Below are positions 22,445 through 32,000 of a DNA stretch of 32,000 nt, one piece after another. The stretch covers positions 1,410,001 to 1,442,000 of the forward strand of contig NC_002677.1 of NCBI RefSeq assembly GCF_000195855.1. The letters are read 5' to 3'. The position numbers and the translations under genes were made by a program. Position 1 is the stretch's first letter. Each line of letters begins with the position of its first letter. The notes beneath the pieces were generated by a model that worked only from the letters and a program-made list of their open reading frames with translations, did no database searches and was not told where the DNA came from. This DNA is from Mycobacterium leprae TN. Its GTDB lineage: Bacteria; Actinomycetota; Actinomycetes; Mycobacteriales; Mycobacteriaceae.

Positions 22445-24615
22445 GACGTCTTACGGAGGACCAATAGCGGTCGTGCTGGAATTGAGATTTTTTGTTCGAC
22501 TGTCACCACCAGGTTGGTGTCACCGGCGATGTCGTTGGTGTCCAGCTTAAGGGTCCACTCTTGCTAGTAGTCGTGCAGCGTGACGAACTCCATGTCATGG
22601 TCATGAGCTTTGAAGCACAAGAGAAATGAAGTGTCGGCCTTCAGCTGACCGCGGGCATTGGGTGCAGTATATGGTGTAACCATTGAGAAACACCGCCAAG
22701 TACTTATCGAAGCCCCTGCTCCAATCCTCGTGTATCATCCTTTGGGACGGTCGGTGTCAACCAGGCGATAGGGCGGACTTGGTCACCACTGCGGATTGGT
22801 TGCTTCTTGAAAAACGGCGACGACGAAACGCCGGATGCTGCTTGCAGCATATATGTCGCTTTCCGCGTAAAAGCAAGCAAGTCGGTATTCGTGTAGACTA
22901 ATGACTATTTATCCAAAATAATTCGGATTCCTGGGAATACACGTTGCTGGTGCCCAGTTGGTTACGTTCTATATCGTCGCTGTGTGCGATCATGGGTGTT
23001 ACCCGGCTAAACATCAAAGTGACCAACATGTTGTGCATTTGGCGAATGCGCAGCGCCAGGATTTCGGGGTCGTTGCTAGTTCTTGTGACGCTGCAATTCC
23101 ACGAGCTGTTATGATTTTTGTTGCTGTTGTCTTAGCCGTTGGCTTTGTTGTGTTTCTCGTTGTATGACGACCAAGTTGTTGAGCGTGAATCCATTGTGCG
23201 GTTGACGAAGTTGATACTGGCGCTGGGGCGATAGCCGGTAGCTTTGTAGAGGTCCGACGGCCCGGCCAGTCGGGAGGCGAACTCATTCACGGGTGGCCGG
23301 CTCGCCTCGCCAGTAGTCGTGCACAGTATAGCGGTATTTTTTGTTCTATTCGGTCCATAACCCTGGGAAATTGCCTACCTGGTAACCCATCTGTTGATGT
23401 CTTACGGCTCGGCGATCAACTTGATCCTAGTTGACTACAGGATCCTGTTGCACCAGATTGAAGAACGCTGACAGCCGGTTGACATCGTAGAACTCACGGG
23501 CCAATGTAGACGCCAAGTCGAGCCAGAACCCGTCGATGTGCATTTCGAGTACCCAGTAGCGTAGCGAGTTTATGATCAGCTGTAGGGTGTGCGGGTGACA
23601 CGGGTATTGAGGCTGTTGCCGGTTCAGGTGAAGTCCTTGTAGAACCGCGCCTTCTCGTCGACAAGCCGGTAATAGGCGATGTTGTCGATACCGCGGAAGT
23701 TGATTTCGAGTCAAGATGATTTTCTTCAGCGGTGTGGTTCTAGCCTCCATTGAGGACGACCTCGATGTTGGCTTCATGCAGGCTGCGCACCATGGTTTTG
23801 AACTCGGCTACCGCACTGCGGTCTTGCAAATTAGACGCGTACAGGTAGTGCGGGGCGAGTAACCCGAATGGTGTTGTAGCCCGAAAAGTTTCACAAGCCT
23901 GGGTGCAGCAGCTGGTCGTACAGGAATTGGTTTATCGGTATCAATGCAAGAGTGGTGACGTTGAGCGACTTGAGGTGATCGATGATGCAGGGTGGGCTAG
24001 CCCGACGTAGGTGCCGCGGAGTTCTTCGTGGATGTTCGGGTGGGTCTGCTTAATCCGCCTTGACATGGCTTCGTAGATGACGGTCTCGTGGCAGGGGATG
24101 AACAGTGCTCGTCGAACACCTAGTCGAAGAACGGGTTGATCACCACGCTGGTCATGGTGTGGCCGAGTGAGTTAAACATTGGGGGAGTAGCCGTGGTCTG
24201 CTGAGTTGCTGTGCGGGTCAACAACGTCTACGTCGTAGAAAAACAGCCCCTGGCCGAACGTGAAATCACCGTGGAATGATTTCCCACACGGGTCGATCAG
24301 TAACTTGCTTGGGTCACATCCGGTGGCCGGCCCTCGGATCGAATGATCCGTGAACGCGAAATCTGTAGCGCTGGCGCAGGGCGATGTTCGGCAGATAGGC
24401 ATGTCAGATATAGCTGTCCACCTCGTCGAAAAGGGATCCGCTACTTGCTGCTGTCGTAGGTGATCAGCTACAAGTCAACTTTGTCGGCGATTTCGAATAA
24501 CAGTGAAAAGTTGATGTCAGCGCCGTCATAAGTCTCCTTAAGCGGATAGACGGTGCACGGCCACACGGTAGGTAACGTCGGCTCGCGCGCTGCGTCCGAA
24601 CGTGCCAAAGCTGTG
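22445..24615 (-). pseudogene. treX: Glycogen debranching enzyme pseudogene (treX)
   Basis: Minus strand: PTLPTVWPCTVYPLKETYDGADINFSLLFEIADKVDL*L; RCDPSKLLIDPCGKSFHGDFTFGQGLFFYDVDVVDPHS; [56 protein letters not shown], in multiple frames with stops. Confidence 0.92.
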
Positions 24616-24678
24616 GCCGGATTGTTCCACGACATTAATCGACTTTATCCGTTTTGGGGTTGGTCCTGGGCGCGTTGG

Positions 24679-26880
24679 CTACCACCAACCTGTGTTTTCT
24701 GCAATCTGTCGGCCGAGTTCGTCGGCCAGGGTGCGCACATAGGTGGGGGATAGGTGGTGAGTGCCATGGTAGATCAGCACGTTCCCTTCGACCGCGCGGC
24801 AGATGTCTGGGCGGCAGATAGCGTCGGACATATCAAGTGGTTTCAGTAGTGAGAACTGCGCGACGAAATTCAGAGTGGGATTGCGATCGGCCAACACGTT
24901 GGAACGCTTGATTCCGCACGACACCGCGTTGCCGCCCTTGGCCAGGCAGTCCGCTGGATTGGATGGTTGGCCATTTTTGACTAGCCACGGAGTGTCCCGC
25001 ATGGCGAGGATGGGAATGTTGTTGTCGGACAAAGCTTGCCAGATGCCAAGGTAGGTTGCTGGCATAACGTCGCCGGGTTTGGTATTCCACGGTCGGGTCG
25101 ACGTAGTGAACACATAGTCGGGACGGTCGGAGAACAACTTGGTCATCGTCGTTTGCACCCACTCCCGGCACTGTGGGTACGGTGTGTTGTTGCCCATGAT
25201 CAGTGGGACATGTTCAGTGGACAACGGGCAACCCATTTTGAGATAGGTCACCACTTTGAAGTGGTGCAGCTGCCCAAGCACGTCCAGCGCAGGTAGCCAG
25301 TGTTCTGCGTGCGACCCGCCCGCTAGCGCGATGGTTCGGTTGGCACTGGCATCGCCGTAGGTACAGTTGACCACGGCCGGGTTGACGAAGTCACTGATGC
25401 AGCCGTCTCGAGTGGAGGCTGGCAGGTCGTCCTTGATTTCCAGGACAGTGGGCCGCATCGGCAGGGTGGGTACTCGCGCGTGGGCGGTCAGGGCACGCGC
25501 ACCCGGATAGTCTTGGGCATTAAGGGCGCTGAGTTCCTTGCCGGTGGCGCGCAAAACGATGACGTGCTGGCGCCAGGTGAATGAGGTTGCGGTCAGCGCG
25601 ACACCCAGCAACACCACCATTGATCCCAACGCTATCGTCGACCTGTGCAAGCGTAACTGCCAGGCGGCAGCCCGTGCGGGCGACGGATATTCGGTGTTGG
25701 CGAGTGTGCGGTACCGTAGCGGGTTCTCGATGAGCCGGGTGGTCAGGTAAGCCAGCAATCCGGACACCAACAGCAGTGCGGCGCCTTCGACGAAATTGGC
25801 GTGGTGGTGGCCAGTATAGGATAGCCAGAAGATCAGCAGCGGCCAGTGCCACAGGTACAGCGTGTACGCTATTGTACCCAATGCCACCAGTGGTGCGGTT
25901 GCCAGCAATCGATTGGGTAGTGGCATGCTGGCACTAGTACCGGGCCGGCTCTGCCGGTTGGCTCCGGCAAGGATCAGCAGCATTGCAGCCCCTACGGGCA
26001 CTAGGGCCCACGGGCCGGGAAATTCTTTGACACCATTGATCAAGGCTCCGCATGACAGGATCGCCGCCAGCGCGACGGTGGCGACTACAGTGCGTAGCCA
26101 GGCCGGCCAGCGAATATAGGGTACTGCTGCGCCGACAAGCGCTCCTAGCAGCAATTCCCAGGCGCGCGCGAAGCTGTTGTAATAAGCTGTAGTTTGGTTT
26201 GCCTGATGAGCAAAGGTTGCGTAAATGAATGACGCGATCATCAATGCGCCTAGCAGCACCACGAACATTATCCGCAGCTGGGTACCCAGCGGGCGCCTAA
26301 ATAGGTAGGCGCATCCGGCAACCAGCAGCAGGAAGGCGATGTCGAACTGCCCCTGCACGGACATTGACCAGATGTGCTGTAACGGGCTTACAGCTTCGCC
26401 CGCCTTCAGATAGCTGGATTCGGTACCGACCAACTCCCAATTCTGATAGTAGCCCAGACTGGCTAGGCTCTGGTCGGCGAATGTCTCCCAGCGAGTCTGT
26501 GGTTGCATCACGACGGTGAGCAGCGCGCAGCCGGTGAGCACCACTACCAGAGCCGGAAGAAGTCGACGGACCAGCCGGATTATTTCGGCTACCGGCGACA
26601 ACGAGGGGACCGGGTTCAGCGCGGCGCGAAGGATTTTGCCGCCGAAGAAGAAGCCGGACATCGCCAGCAACACATCCACGCCGCCGGACACCCGACCGAA
26701 CCACACGTGGAATATGGCCACCAACGCGATCGCGATGCCGCGCAAGCCGTCGAGATCGTGACGATAGAATATCGTGAACACCGCAGTGCGCCCCTCCAGA
26801 GGAACGGGCTTTGCGGTGGCTACCAGTAGGGAAGCCGGTGACAGGGTCTGCATGATTGACCGCCAATTTACCGAAGACAA
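24679..26880 (-). CDS. Membrane acyltransferase (OafA/YrhL-like, acyltransferase-3 plus SGNH-like C-terminal domain; Rv1565c-like)
   Basis: Intact 733-aa ORF. Starts with RHDLDGLRGIAIALVAIFHVW followed by many TM segments. C-terminal GGSHAEHWLPALD and YHGTHHLSPTYVRTLADELG fit an SGNH-like extracytoplasmic domain. An internal ATG (MQTLSP...) is an alternative start. Confidence 0.9.
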   Translation of the reverse strand: MSSVNWRSIMQTLSPASLLVATAKPVPLEGRTAVFTIFYRHDLDGLRGIAIALVAIFHVWFGRVSGGVDVLLAMSGFFFGGKILRAALNPVPSLSPVAEIIRLVRRLLPALVVVLTGCALLTVVMQPQTRWETFADQSLASLGYYQNWELVGTESSYLKAGEAVSPLQHIWSMSVQGQFDIAFLLLVAGCAYLFRRPLGTQLRIMFVVLLGALMIASFIYATFAHQANQTTAYYNSFARAWELLLGALVGAAVPYIRWPAWLRTVVATVALAAILSCGALINGVKEFPGPWALVPVGAAMLLILAGANRQSRPGTSASMPLPNRLLATAPLVALGTIAYTLYLWHWPLLIFWLSYTGHHHANFVEGAALLLVSGLLAYLTTRLIENPLRYRTLANTEYPSPARAAAWQLRLHRSTIALGSMVVLLGVALTATSFTWRQHVIVLRATGKELSALNAQDYPGARALTAHARVPTLPMRPTVLEIKDDLPASTRDGCISDFVNPAVVNCTYGDASANRTIALAGGSHAEHWLPALDVLGQLHHFKVVTYLKMGCPLSTEHVPLIMGNNTPYPQCREWVQTTMTKLFSDRPDYVFTTSTRPWNTKPGDVMPATYLGIWQALSDNNIPILAMRDTPWLVKNGQPSNPADCLAKGGNAVSCGIKRSNVLADRNPTLNFVAQFSLLKPLDMSDAICRPDICRAVEGNVLIYHGTHHLSPTYVRTLADELGRQIAENTGWW

Positions 26881-27009
26881 CCACCTCCTTCGGAGTGTGC
26901 GTGCTGCAGGGAAGGCGGCTCAGCGGATTCGTTGACCATTCGATGCCGTCACCAAGGGAGCAGATGGCTAACTTCGGTAGCTTAACAAGCCCCCGTTGGT
27001 TGGATAGGG

Positions 27010-27648
27010 CTACCGCGCGGTACTGACTGGAACGGGTCGTACTGGCACCTGCAAGGGCATGTGCTGCAAGGGTGCACGATGCGTTGGCGTTTGCTGCGGT
27101 GCCGGCAGAGTTGGCACTTGCTGCAGGGGTGCTTGCGGCACTGATGTCGGTTGGGTCCCGAGAACCCGAACCAGGTAGGGTGCCATGCCGTTGCTGCGTA
27201 CTGGCGACACTTGGACGACTTCGCCGACCTCCACCATCTTCTCGTCGCCCAAATATAGCGTAACGCTTTCGGTGCCTTCGGGACCGTAAAAGATCAGGTC
27301 GCCTCGGCGTGCGTGCCGCGGTAGCACCTTCTGGCCGACTTTGTACATTTCGCCGGACGAGCGTGGAAGCTTGAGTCCGGCGCCGGCGTAGGCGTACTGG
27401 ATCAGGCCCGAGGCGTCGAAGCCGACAGTGTTGCTACCGGTACCGGTGCCGCGAGTGGGGCCACTAACACCGCCGCCGGCCCAGGAGAACGGCACGCCGC
27501 GCTGCGCGAGAGCCCGTTGGACGACGGTGTCGATAGTTTGCTGGTAGTCCGCTGTCCTGGTGCCGGAGTCAGCGTACGCGAGACTGCAGGTGAGTATCGA
27601 GGTTACTAGCATTGCTAGGCCGGTCACGAAGGTGTAGATGCGATTCAT
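27010..27648 (-). CDS. ripD: Secreted NlpC/P60-family protein lacking catalytic Cys (RipD/Rv1566c-like)
   Basis: Signal-peptide-like start MNRIYTFVTGLAMLVTSILTCSLAYADS, then P60-type core GVPFSWAGGGVSGPTRG...GFDASGLIQYAYAGAGLKLPRSSGEMYKVGQKVLPRHARRGDLIFYGPEG and a Pro/Gln-rich tail. The ORF extends upstream to 27765. Confidence 0.9.
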   Translation of the reverse strand: MNRIYTFVTGLAMLVTSILTCSLAYADSGTRTADYQQTIDTVVQRALAQRGVPFSWAGGGVSGPTRGTGTGSNTVGFDASGLIQYAYAGAGLKLPRSSGEMYKVGQKVLPRHARRGDLIFYGPEGTESVTLYLGDEKMVEVGEVVQVSPVRSNGMAPYLVRVLGTQPTSVPQAPLQQVPTLPAPQQTPTHRAPLQHMPLQVPVRPVPVSTAR

Positions 27649-28596
27649 TGGATACCAATCTTCTTGGCGGTCAAGGGCGTTTTGGGCCTCAGCGCCGTGC
27701 TTTCGCGCATCGGCTGCTATTTCATGACTCACGCGAGGCTTACCCGCTGGGGTTGAGCGCCGCATGCCGCATGGGAACGTGAATCACCACTGAGTCACAT
27801 CAGTCACTACTGTAACTTTTACAGCAGAAATTGCCGGTGGCCCACAAGCTTAGGTCGTTCACCAAGGATTTTTTGTCGTAACGTGACCGGACGGTAACTG
27901 GCACGCTTAATTTTGCTTGCAAAGCTGTAAATTCGGTTAACCATACACTCGTACGTGTTGTCACACCGTGTGGCGAATTACCACAGTGGCGCCGTCAGAG
28001 CCAATAACGTTCGCTGAAGGTGGTCATTAGGGAACCGGCCGCAACGCTGACTAGCAGGATGGTGAACGACAAGATCGGTCAGAAGGACATTATTACCAGC
28101 CCTTCAAGAGGGACACGAAGGACTCGATGTTGGCCGCGGCGATCGCCGCACCGCTATCCCCCACGCCACCGGAAGTATCTACACACCGATTCCGTATGAC
28201 ACCTGTCCGTCCGCAAATACTTGCTGGGCACACCGTCGTGACGAAACCTAGTATAGCTGTGCTGGCCAATCAATATGGCTCCGTGGTGGTCAGAACGACT
28301 AGCAGCGTCCACAGCGTGACTGGGCAAGTTTAGGCTCTAGACGGCCAACCGCAACCGGAGTGTCCGTGCTGGCTGGTCGCTGCAGGTATCGGCGTCATCG
28401 CAATTGTAGCCAGCCGTTGGCGCCCGGCCGGTCGTCGATCTCGTCGGTTGTAAATGGGTCTTGGAACCGATGCGGCGTAGCCATGACGTCCAATGCTCCA
28501 CGATTGTCGGGGTTTGCGCGACCCACAGCAGGACGGCTCGAGACGGTTCGGGTATGACCCCGGCTAATCCGCCTTCTTGCTTTACCCTCGATCTTT

Positions 28597-29907
28597 ATGT
28601 CTGGGGCGACTTCCGGGTTGACGCCTGAGCAGATCGGCGCGATCGATGCCGCCCATCTGTGGCATCCCTACAGCACCATTGGTGCTGCTACCGGCGTTAT
28701 ACCACCTGTGGTCGCGGTCGCCGCTCACGGCGCATGGCTGACGCTGATCCGCGACGGCAAGCCGATCGAGGCGCTCGACGCGATGAGCTCTTGGTGGACC
28801 GCGATCCATGGTCACGGCCACTCAGTGTTGGACGCGGCGCTGACTACCCAACTGGGTGCGATGAATCACGTCATGTTTGGCGGATTGACTCACGAACCTG
28901 CGGCCCGGTTGGCGCAGTTGCTGGTGGACATCACCCCGGCGGGTTTGGAGACGGTCTTCTTCAGCGACTCCGGGTCGGTTTCAGTGCAGGTCGCGGTGAA
29001 GATGGCGTTGCAGTACTGGCGCAGCCGCGGTCAGCCGGCTAAGCGGCGGCTGATGACCTGGCGTGGTGGCTACCATGGGGACACCTTGACGCCGATGAGT
29101 ATCTGCGACCCCGATGGCGGCATGCACTCGCTGTGGACTGACATTTTGGCGCGGCAGGTGTTTGCCCCGCAGGTGCCCCGCGACTACGACCCTGCCTACA
29201 GTAAGGCCTTTGAGACGCAGCTGGCGCAGCACACCCCCGAACTTGCGGCTGTGGTCGTCGAGCCGGTAGTGCAGGGCGCCGGTGGGATGCGTTTCCACGA
29301 CCCACGGTATTTGTGTGATGTGCGCGACATATGCCGGCGGCACGACGTGTTGTTGATTTTCGACGAGATCGCGACTGGCTTCGGGCGTACCGGTGAGCTT
29401 TTCGCCGCAGACCACTGCGGGGTGAGCCCGGACATCATGTGTGTCGGCAAAGCCCTCACCGGCGGATACCTGAGCTTGGCCGCCACCTTGTGCACAACCG
29501 ATATCGCACACGCCATAAGCGTCGGTGCGGCCGGCGCGCTGATGCATGGACCCACGTTCATGGCCAATCCTCTGGCCTGTGCCGTGTCGGTGGCCAGCGT
29601 CGAGGTGCTTCTGGGCCAGGACTGGAGGTCCCGCGTTGCCGAAATATCGGCTGGCCTAACAGCTGGGCTCGAAGCTGCCCAGGGTTTACCCGGTGTGATC
29701 GATGTGCGTGTGTGCGGTGCTATCGGCGTTATCGAATGCGACCGGTCGGTCGACCTGGCCGTTGCCACCCCGGCGGCGTTGGACCGACGTGTTTGGCTGC
29801 GTCCGTTCCGGAATCTGGTTTATGCAATGCCGCCATATATTTGCCCGCCGGCCGAGATCGCCCAGATCACCTCCGCGATGGTCGAAGTCGCGGGACTCGT
29901 AGGCTGA
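28597..29907 (+). CDS. bioA: Adenosylmethionine-8-amino-7-oxononanoate aminotransferase
   Basis: Intact 436-aa [66 protein letters not shown]. Confidence 0.97.
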   Translation: MSGATSGLTPEQIGAIDAAHLWHPYSTIGAATGVIPPVVAVAAHGAWLTLIRDGKPIEALDAMSSWWTAIHGHGHSVLDAALTTQLGAMNHVMFGGLTHEPAARLAQLLVDITPAGLETVFFSDSGSVSVQVAVKMALQYWRSRGQPAKRRLMTWRGGYHGDTLTPMSICDPDGGMHSLWTDILARQVFAPQVPRDYDPAYSKAFETQLAQHTPELAAVVVEPVVQGAGGMRFHDPRYLCDVRDICRRHDVLLIFDEIATGFGRTGELFAADHCGVSPDIMCVGKALTGGYLSLAATLCTTDIAHAISVGAAGALMHGPTFMANPLACAVSVASVEVLLGQDWRSRVAEISAGLTAGLEAAQGLPGVIDVRVCGAIGVIECDRSVDLAVATPAALDRRVWLRPFRNLVYAMPPYICPPAEIAQITSAMVEVAGLVG

Positions 29908-29913
29908 AGGCCC

Positions 29914-31071
29914 ATGAAGGTCCCGATCGAGACGTCACCGCTGGCCTGGCTGGAAGCAGTGGAGCAACAGCGCCGCGGGGCCGGGCTGCGCCGTTCGCTG
30001 CGGCCGCGCTCAGCCGTTGCCACCGAGCTGGATCTGGCCTCCAACGACTATCTCGGTCTCTCCCAACATCCCGACGTCATCGACGGCGGCGTTGCGGCGT
30101 TGCGGGTTTGGGGTGCAGGTGCCACCGGATCCCGCCTGGTCACCGGCGATACCATACTGCACCACGAATTGGAATGCGAGCTAGCTGAATTTGTCGGCGC
30201 CTGTGTCGGCCTACTGTTTTCTTCCGGTTATGCCGCCAACCTCGGGGCTGTTGTCGGTTTGTCCGGCCCGGGTTCGCTGATCGTCTCCGATGCCTATTCG
30301 CACGCGTCCCTGGTGGATGCTTGCCGGCTGTCGCGGGCGCGGGTGGTGGTGACACCGCACTGTGACGTTGACGCCGTGGACACCGCGCTGAGGTCATGCC
30401 ACGAGGAGCGTGCGGTTGTTGTCACTGAGTCGGTGTTCAGCGCTGATGGTGTGCTGGCCCCTGTTTCGGAGTTGCACGATGTATGCCGTCGGCACGGCGC
30501 GTTGCTCCTCGTAGACGAGGCGCACGGCCTCGGTGTGCGTGGTGGTGGGCGCGGGCTGGTATACGAGGTCGGGCTGGCGGGTGCACCTGACGTGGTGATT
30601 ACGACTACCATGTCCAAGGCGCTCGGCAGCCAGGGTGGTGCGGTTCTCGGGTCGTCCGCGGTGCGTGCTCACCTGATCAATACCGCCCGTCCGTTCATCT
30701 TCGACACTGGTTTGGCGCCTGCGGCGGTAGGTGCCGCGCGGGCCGCGCTGCAAATACTGAAGGCCGAGACGTGGCGCCCAGAGGCGGTGTTGCAGCACGC
30801 CCGAACCTTGGCTAAGATCTGCGATCTGTCCGAGCTGCCGCAGTCGGCGGTGGTCTCAGTAGTGTTGGGCGATCCGGAGGTAGCGTTGGCCGCCGCGATC
30901 GCCTGCCTGGACGCCGGCGTGCGGGTGGGCTGCTTCCGGCCTCCGACTGTGCCGGCCGGGACGTCGCGGCTGCGGTTGACTGCGCACGCGTCTCTCGATA
31001 GCGCTAAGTTGGAAGTGGCCCGGCGGGTGTTGACGGACGTTCTTGGTGGCTGTTGTGTGGCGCGCCGTTGA
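29914..31071 (+). CDS. bioF: 8-amino-7-oxononanoate synthase
   Basis: Intact 385-aa [48 protein letters not shown]. Confidence 0.96.
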   Translation: MKVPIETSPLAWLEAVEQQRRGAGLRRSLRPRSAVATELDLASNDYLGLSQHPDVIDGGVAALRVWGAGATGSRLVTGDTILHHELECELAEFVGACVGLLFSSGYAANLGAVVGLSGPGSLIVSDAYSHASLVDACRLSRARVVVTPHCDVDAVDTALRSCHEERAVVVTESVFSADGVLAPVSELHDVCRRHGALLLVDEAHGLGVRGGGRGLVYEVGLAGAPDVVITTTMSKALGSQGGAVLGSSAVRAHLINTARPFIFDTGLAPAAVGAARAALQILKAETWRPEAVLQHARTLAKICDLSELPQSAVVSVVLGDPEVALAAAIACLDAGVRVGCFRPPTVPAGTSRLRLTAHASLDSAKLEVARRVLTDVLGGCCVARR

Positions 31072-31748
31072 CTGTCGTGGTCGTTACCGGCACTGACACG
31101 GGGGTCGGCAAGACCGTCGCCTGTGCAGCGCTGGCGTGTCACGCGCGTCAAGCTGGTATCGAAGTGGCAGTGTGCAAACCGGTTCAGACCGGAACTCAGA
31201 TCGGAGACGATGACCTTGCCGAGGTGGCCCGACTATCTGGGGTGACCGAACTCACCGGCTTGGTGAGATATCCGCAACCACTGGCGCCGGCCGCCGCCGC
31301 CGAACACGCCGGGATGGCATTACCCACCCGCGAGCAACTGCTGGAGCTCATCGCCGGACTGGATCGCCCGGGACGCTTGATTTTGGTCGAAGGCGCTGGT
31401 GGTCTACTGGTCGAACTCGCTGATGCTAGTGCCACTTTGCGTGATCTAGCTGTCGAGCTAGGTGCACTGGCACTGGTCACGGTCAGTGTGGAATTGGGCA
31501 CCCTCAACCACACCGCGCTGACTCTGGAGGCGTTGACCACACGAGGGGTTGCGTGCGCCGGCTTGGTGATCGGCAGCTGGACGGGGCGGCCCGGTGCGGT
31601 GCAGATATCCAATCGGTCTGCGCTGGCCCGGCTGGCTCCAATGCGGGCCACGTTGCCTGCCGGGGCCGGATCGATGGACGCCACGGATTTTGCGGCGATG
31701 AGCGCGGCGGCCTTCGACCGGGACTGGGTAACCACGTTGGTCCATTGA
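31068..31748 (+). CDS. bioD: Dethiobiotin synthetase
   Basis: [21 protein letters not shown]-loop, [19 protein letters not shown]. Likely TTG start at 31068 overlapping the bioF stop (TTGA); the ORF track lists ATG 31053 in the same frame. Confidence 0.94.
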   Translation: MTVVVVTGTDTGVGKTVACAALACHARQAGIEVAVCKPVQTGTQIGDDDLAEVARLSGVTELTGLVRYPQPLAPAAAAEHAGMALPTREQLLELIAGLDRPGRLILVEGAGGLLVELADASATLRDLAVELGALALVTVSVELGTLNHTALTLEALTTRGVACAGLVIGSWTGRPGAVQISNRSALARLAPMRATLPAGAGSMDATDFAAMSAAAFDRDWVTTLVH

Positions 31749-32000
31749 TGGTTCATTCGCTCGAGCTGGTCTTCGACCCCGACACCGAGTCGGCGATCTG
31801 TCGCATTTGGGACCAGCTGGCCAGCGCCGGAATACCCAGCCAAGCGTCAGCTAGCCGTCCTCACGTTACGTTGGCCGTTGCTGAACATATCGGCGCCGAG
31901 GTCGATCAGCTGCTTGGTCCGGTGAGTCAGCGGCTGCTGCTGGACGCCACGATCAGTGTGTCGGTGCTGTTCGGCCGAGCCCACGTGGTGTTCGCACGAC
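31748..32000 (+). CDS. 2'-5' RNA ligase / 2H phosphoesterase family protein (Rv1571-like), truncated by window end
   Basis: ATG at 31748-31750 overlaps the bioD stop TGA (31746-31748). Open frame [84 protein letters not shown] with an H-x-T motif (HVT). No stop before 32000. Confidence 0.78.
   Translation, partial: MVHSLELVFDPDTESAICRIWDQLASAGIPSQASASRPHVTLAVAEHIGAEVDQLLGPVSQRLLLDATISVSVLFGRAHVVFAR

Noticed and set aside
22958-23167. 69-aa plus-strand ORF with hydrophobic Val/Phe-rich C-terminus (ILVAVVLAVGFVVFLVV-like)
   Set aside because: Located opposite the treX pseudogene. TM-like character arises by chance from the antisense frame.
28981-29768. 188- and 190-aa minus-strand ORFs inside bioA
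   Set aside because: Antisense frames of an intact, clearly identified gene.
31196-31843. 215-aa minus-strand ORF across bioD and the next gene
   Set aside because: Antisense shadow of two well-supported coding sequences; Ser/Pro/Ala-rich with no domain signature.

Overview
This window is identifiable as Mycobacterium leprae chromosome. It contains a diagnostic RLEP repeat: both classic RLEP PCR primer sites are present, spaced to give a 129 bp product. It also has a mosaic of intact housekeeping genes and heavily decayed pseudogenes collinear with the M. tuberculosis Rv1536-Rv1571 region. Intact genes, in order: ileS (with a translational-type T-box leader), ansA (-), lspA, an RluD-family pseudouridine synthase, dnaE1, ilvA, a large OafA/SGNH-like acyltransferase (-), a catalytically degenerate NlpC/P60 protein of the RipD type (-), bioA, bioF, bioD, and a partial 2H/2'-5' RNA ligase-family gene at the window end. 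Decayed genes: two SAM methyltransferases, dinX, two short-chain dehydrogenases (Rv1543/Rv1544-like), an Rv1546-like SRPBCC protein, a DDN-family nitroreductase (Rv1558-like), a MocR-type PLP regulator, and treX/treY/treZ. A deletion has fused the middle of treY to the tail of treZ. I found no CRISPR array, phage, or convincing novel multi-gene system. The best leads are the T-box leader, the RLEP copy and its strand-asymmetric ends, the treY-treZ deletion scar, the catalytically dead P60 protein, and several decayed blocks I could not assign. Homology statements rest on recalled protein sequences and motifs; no searches were run.
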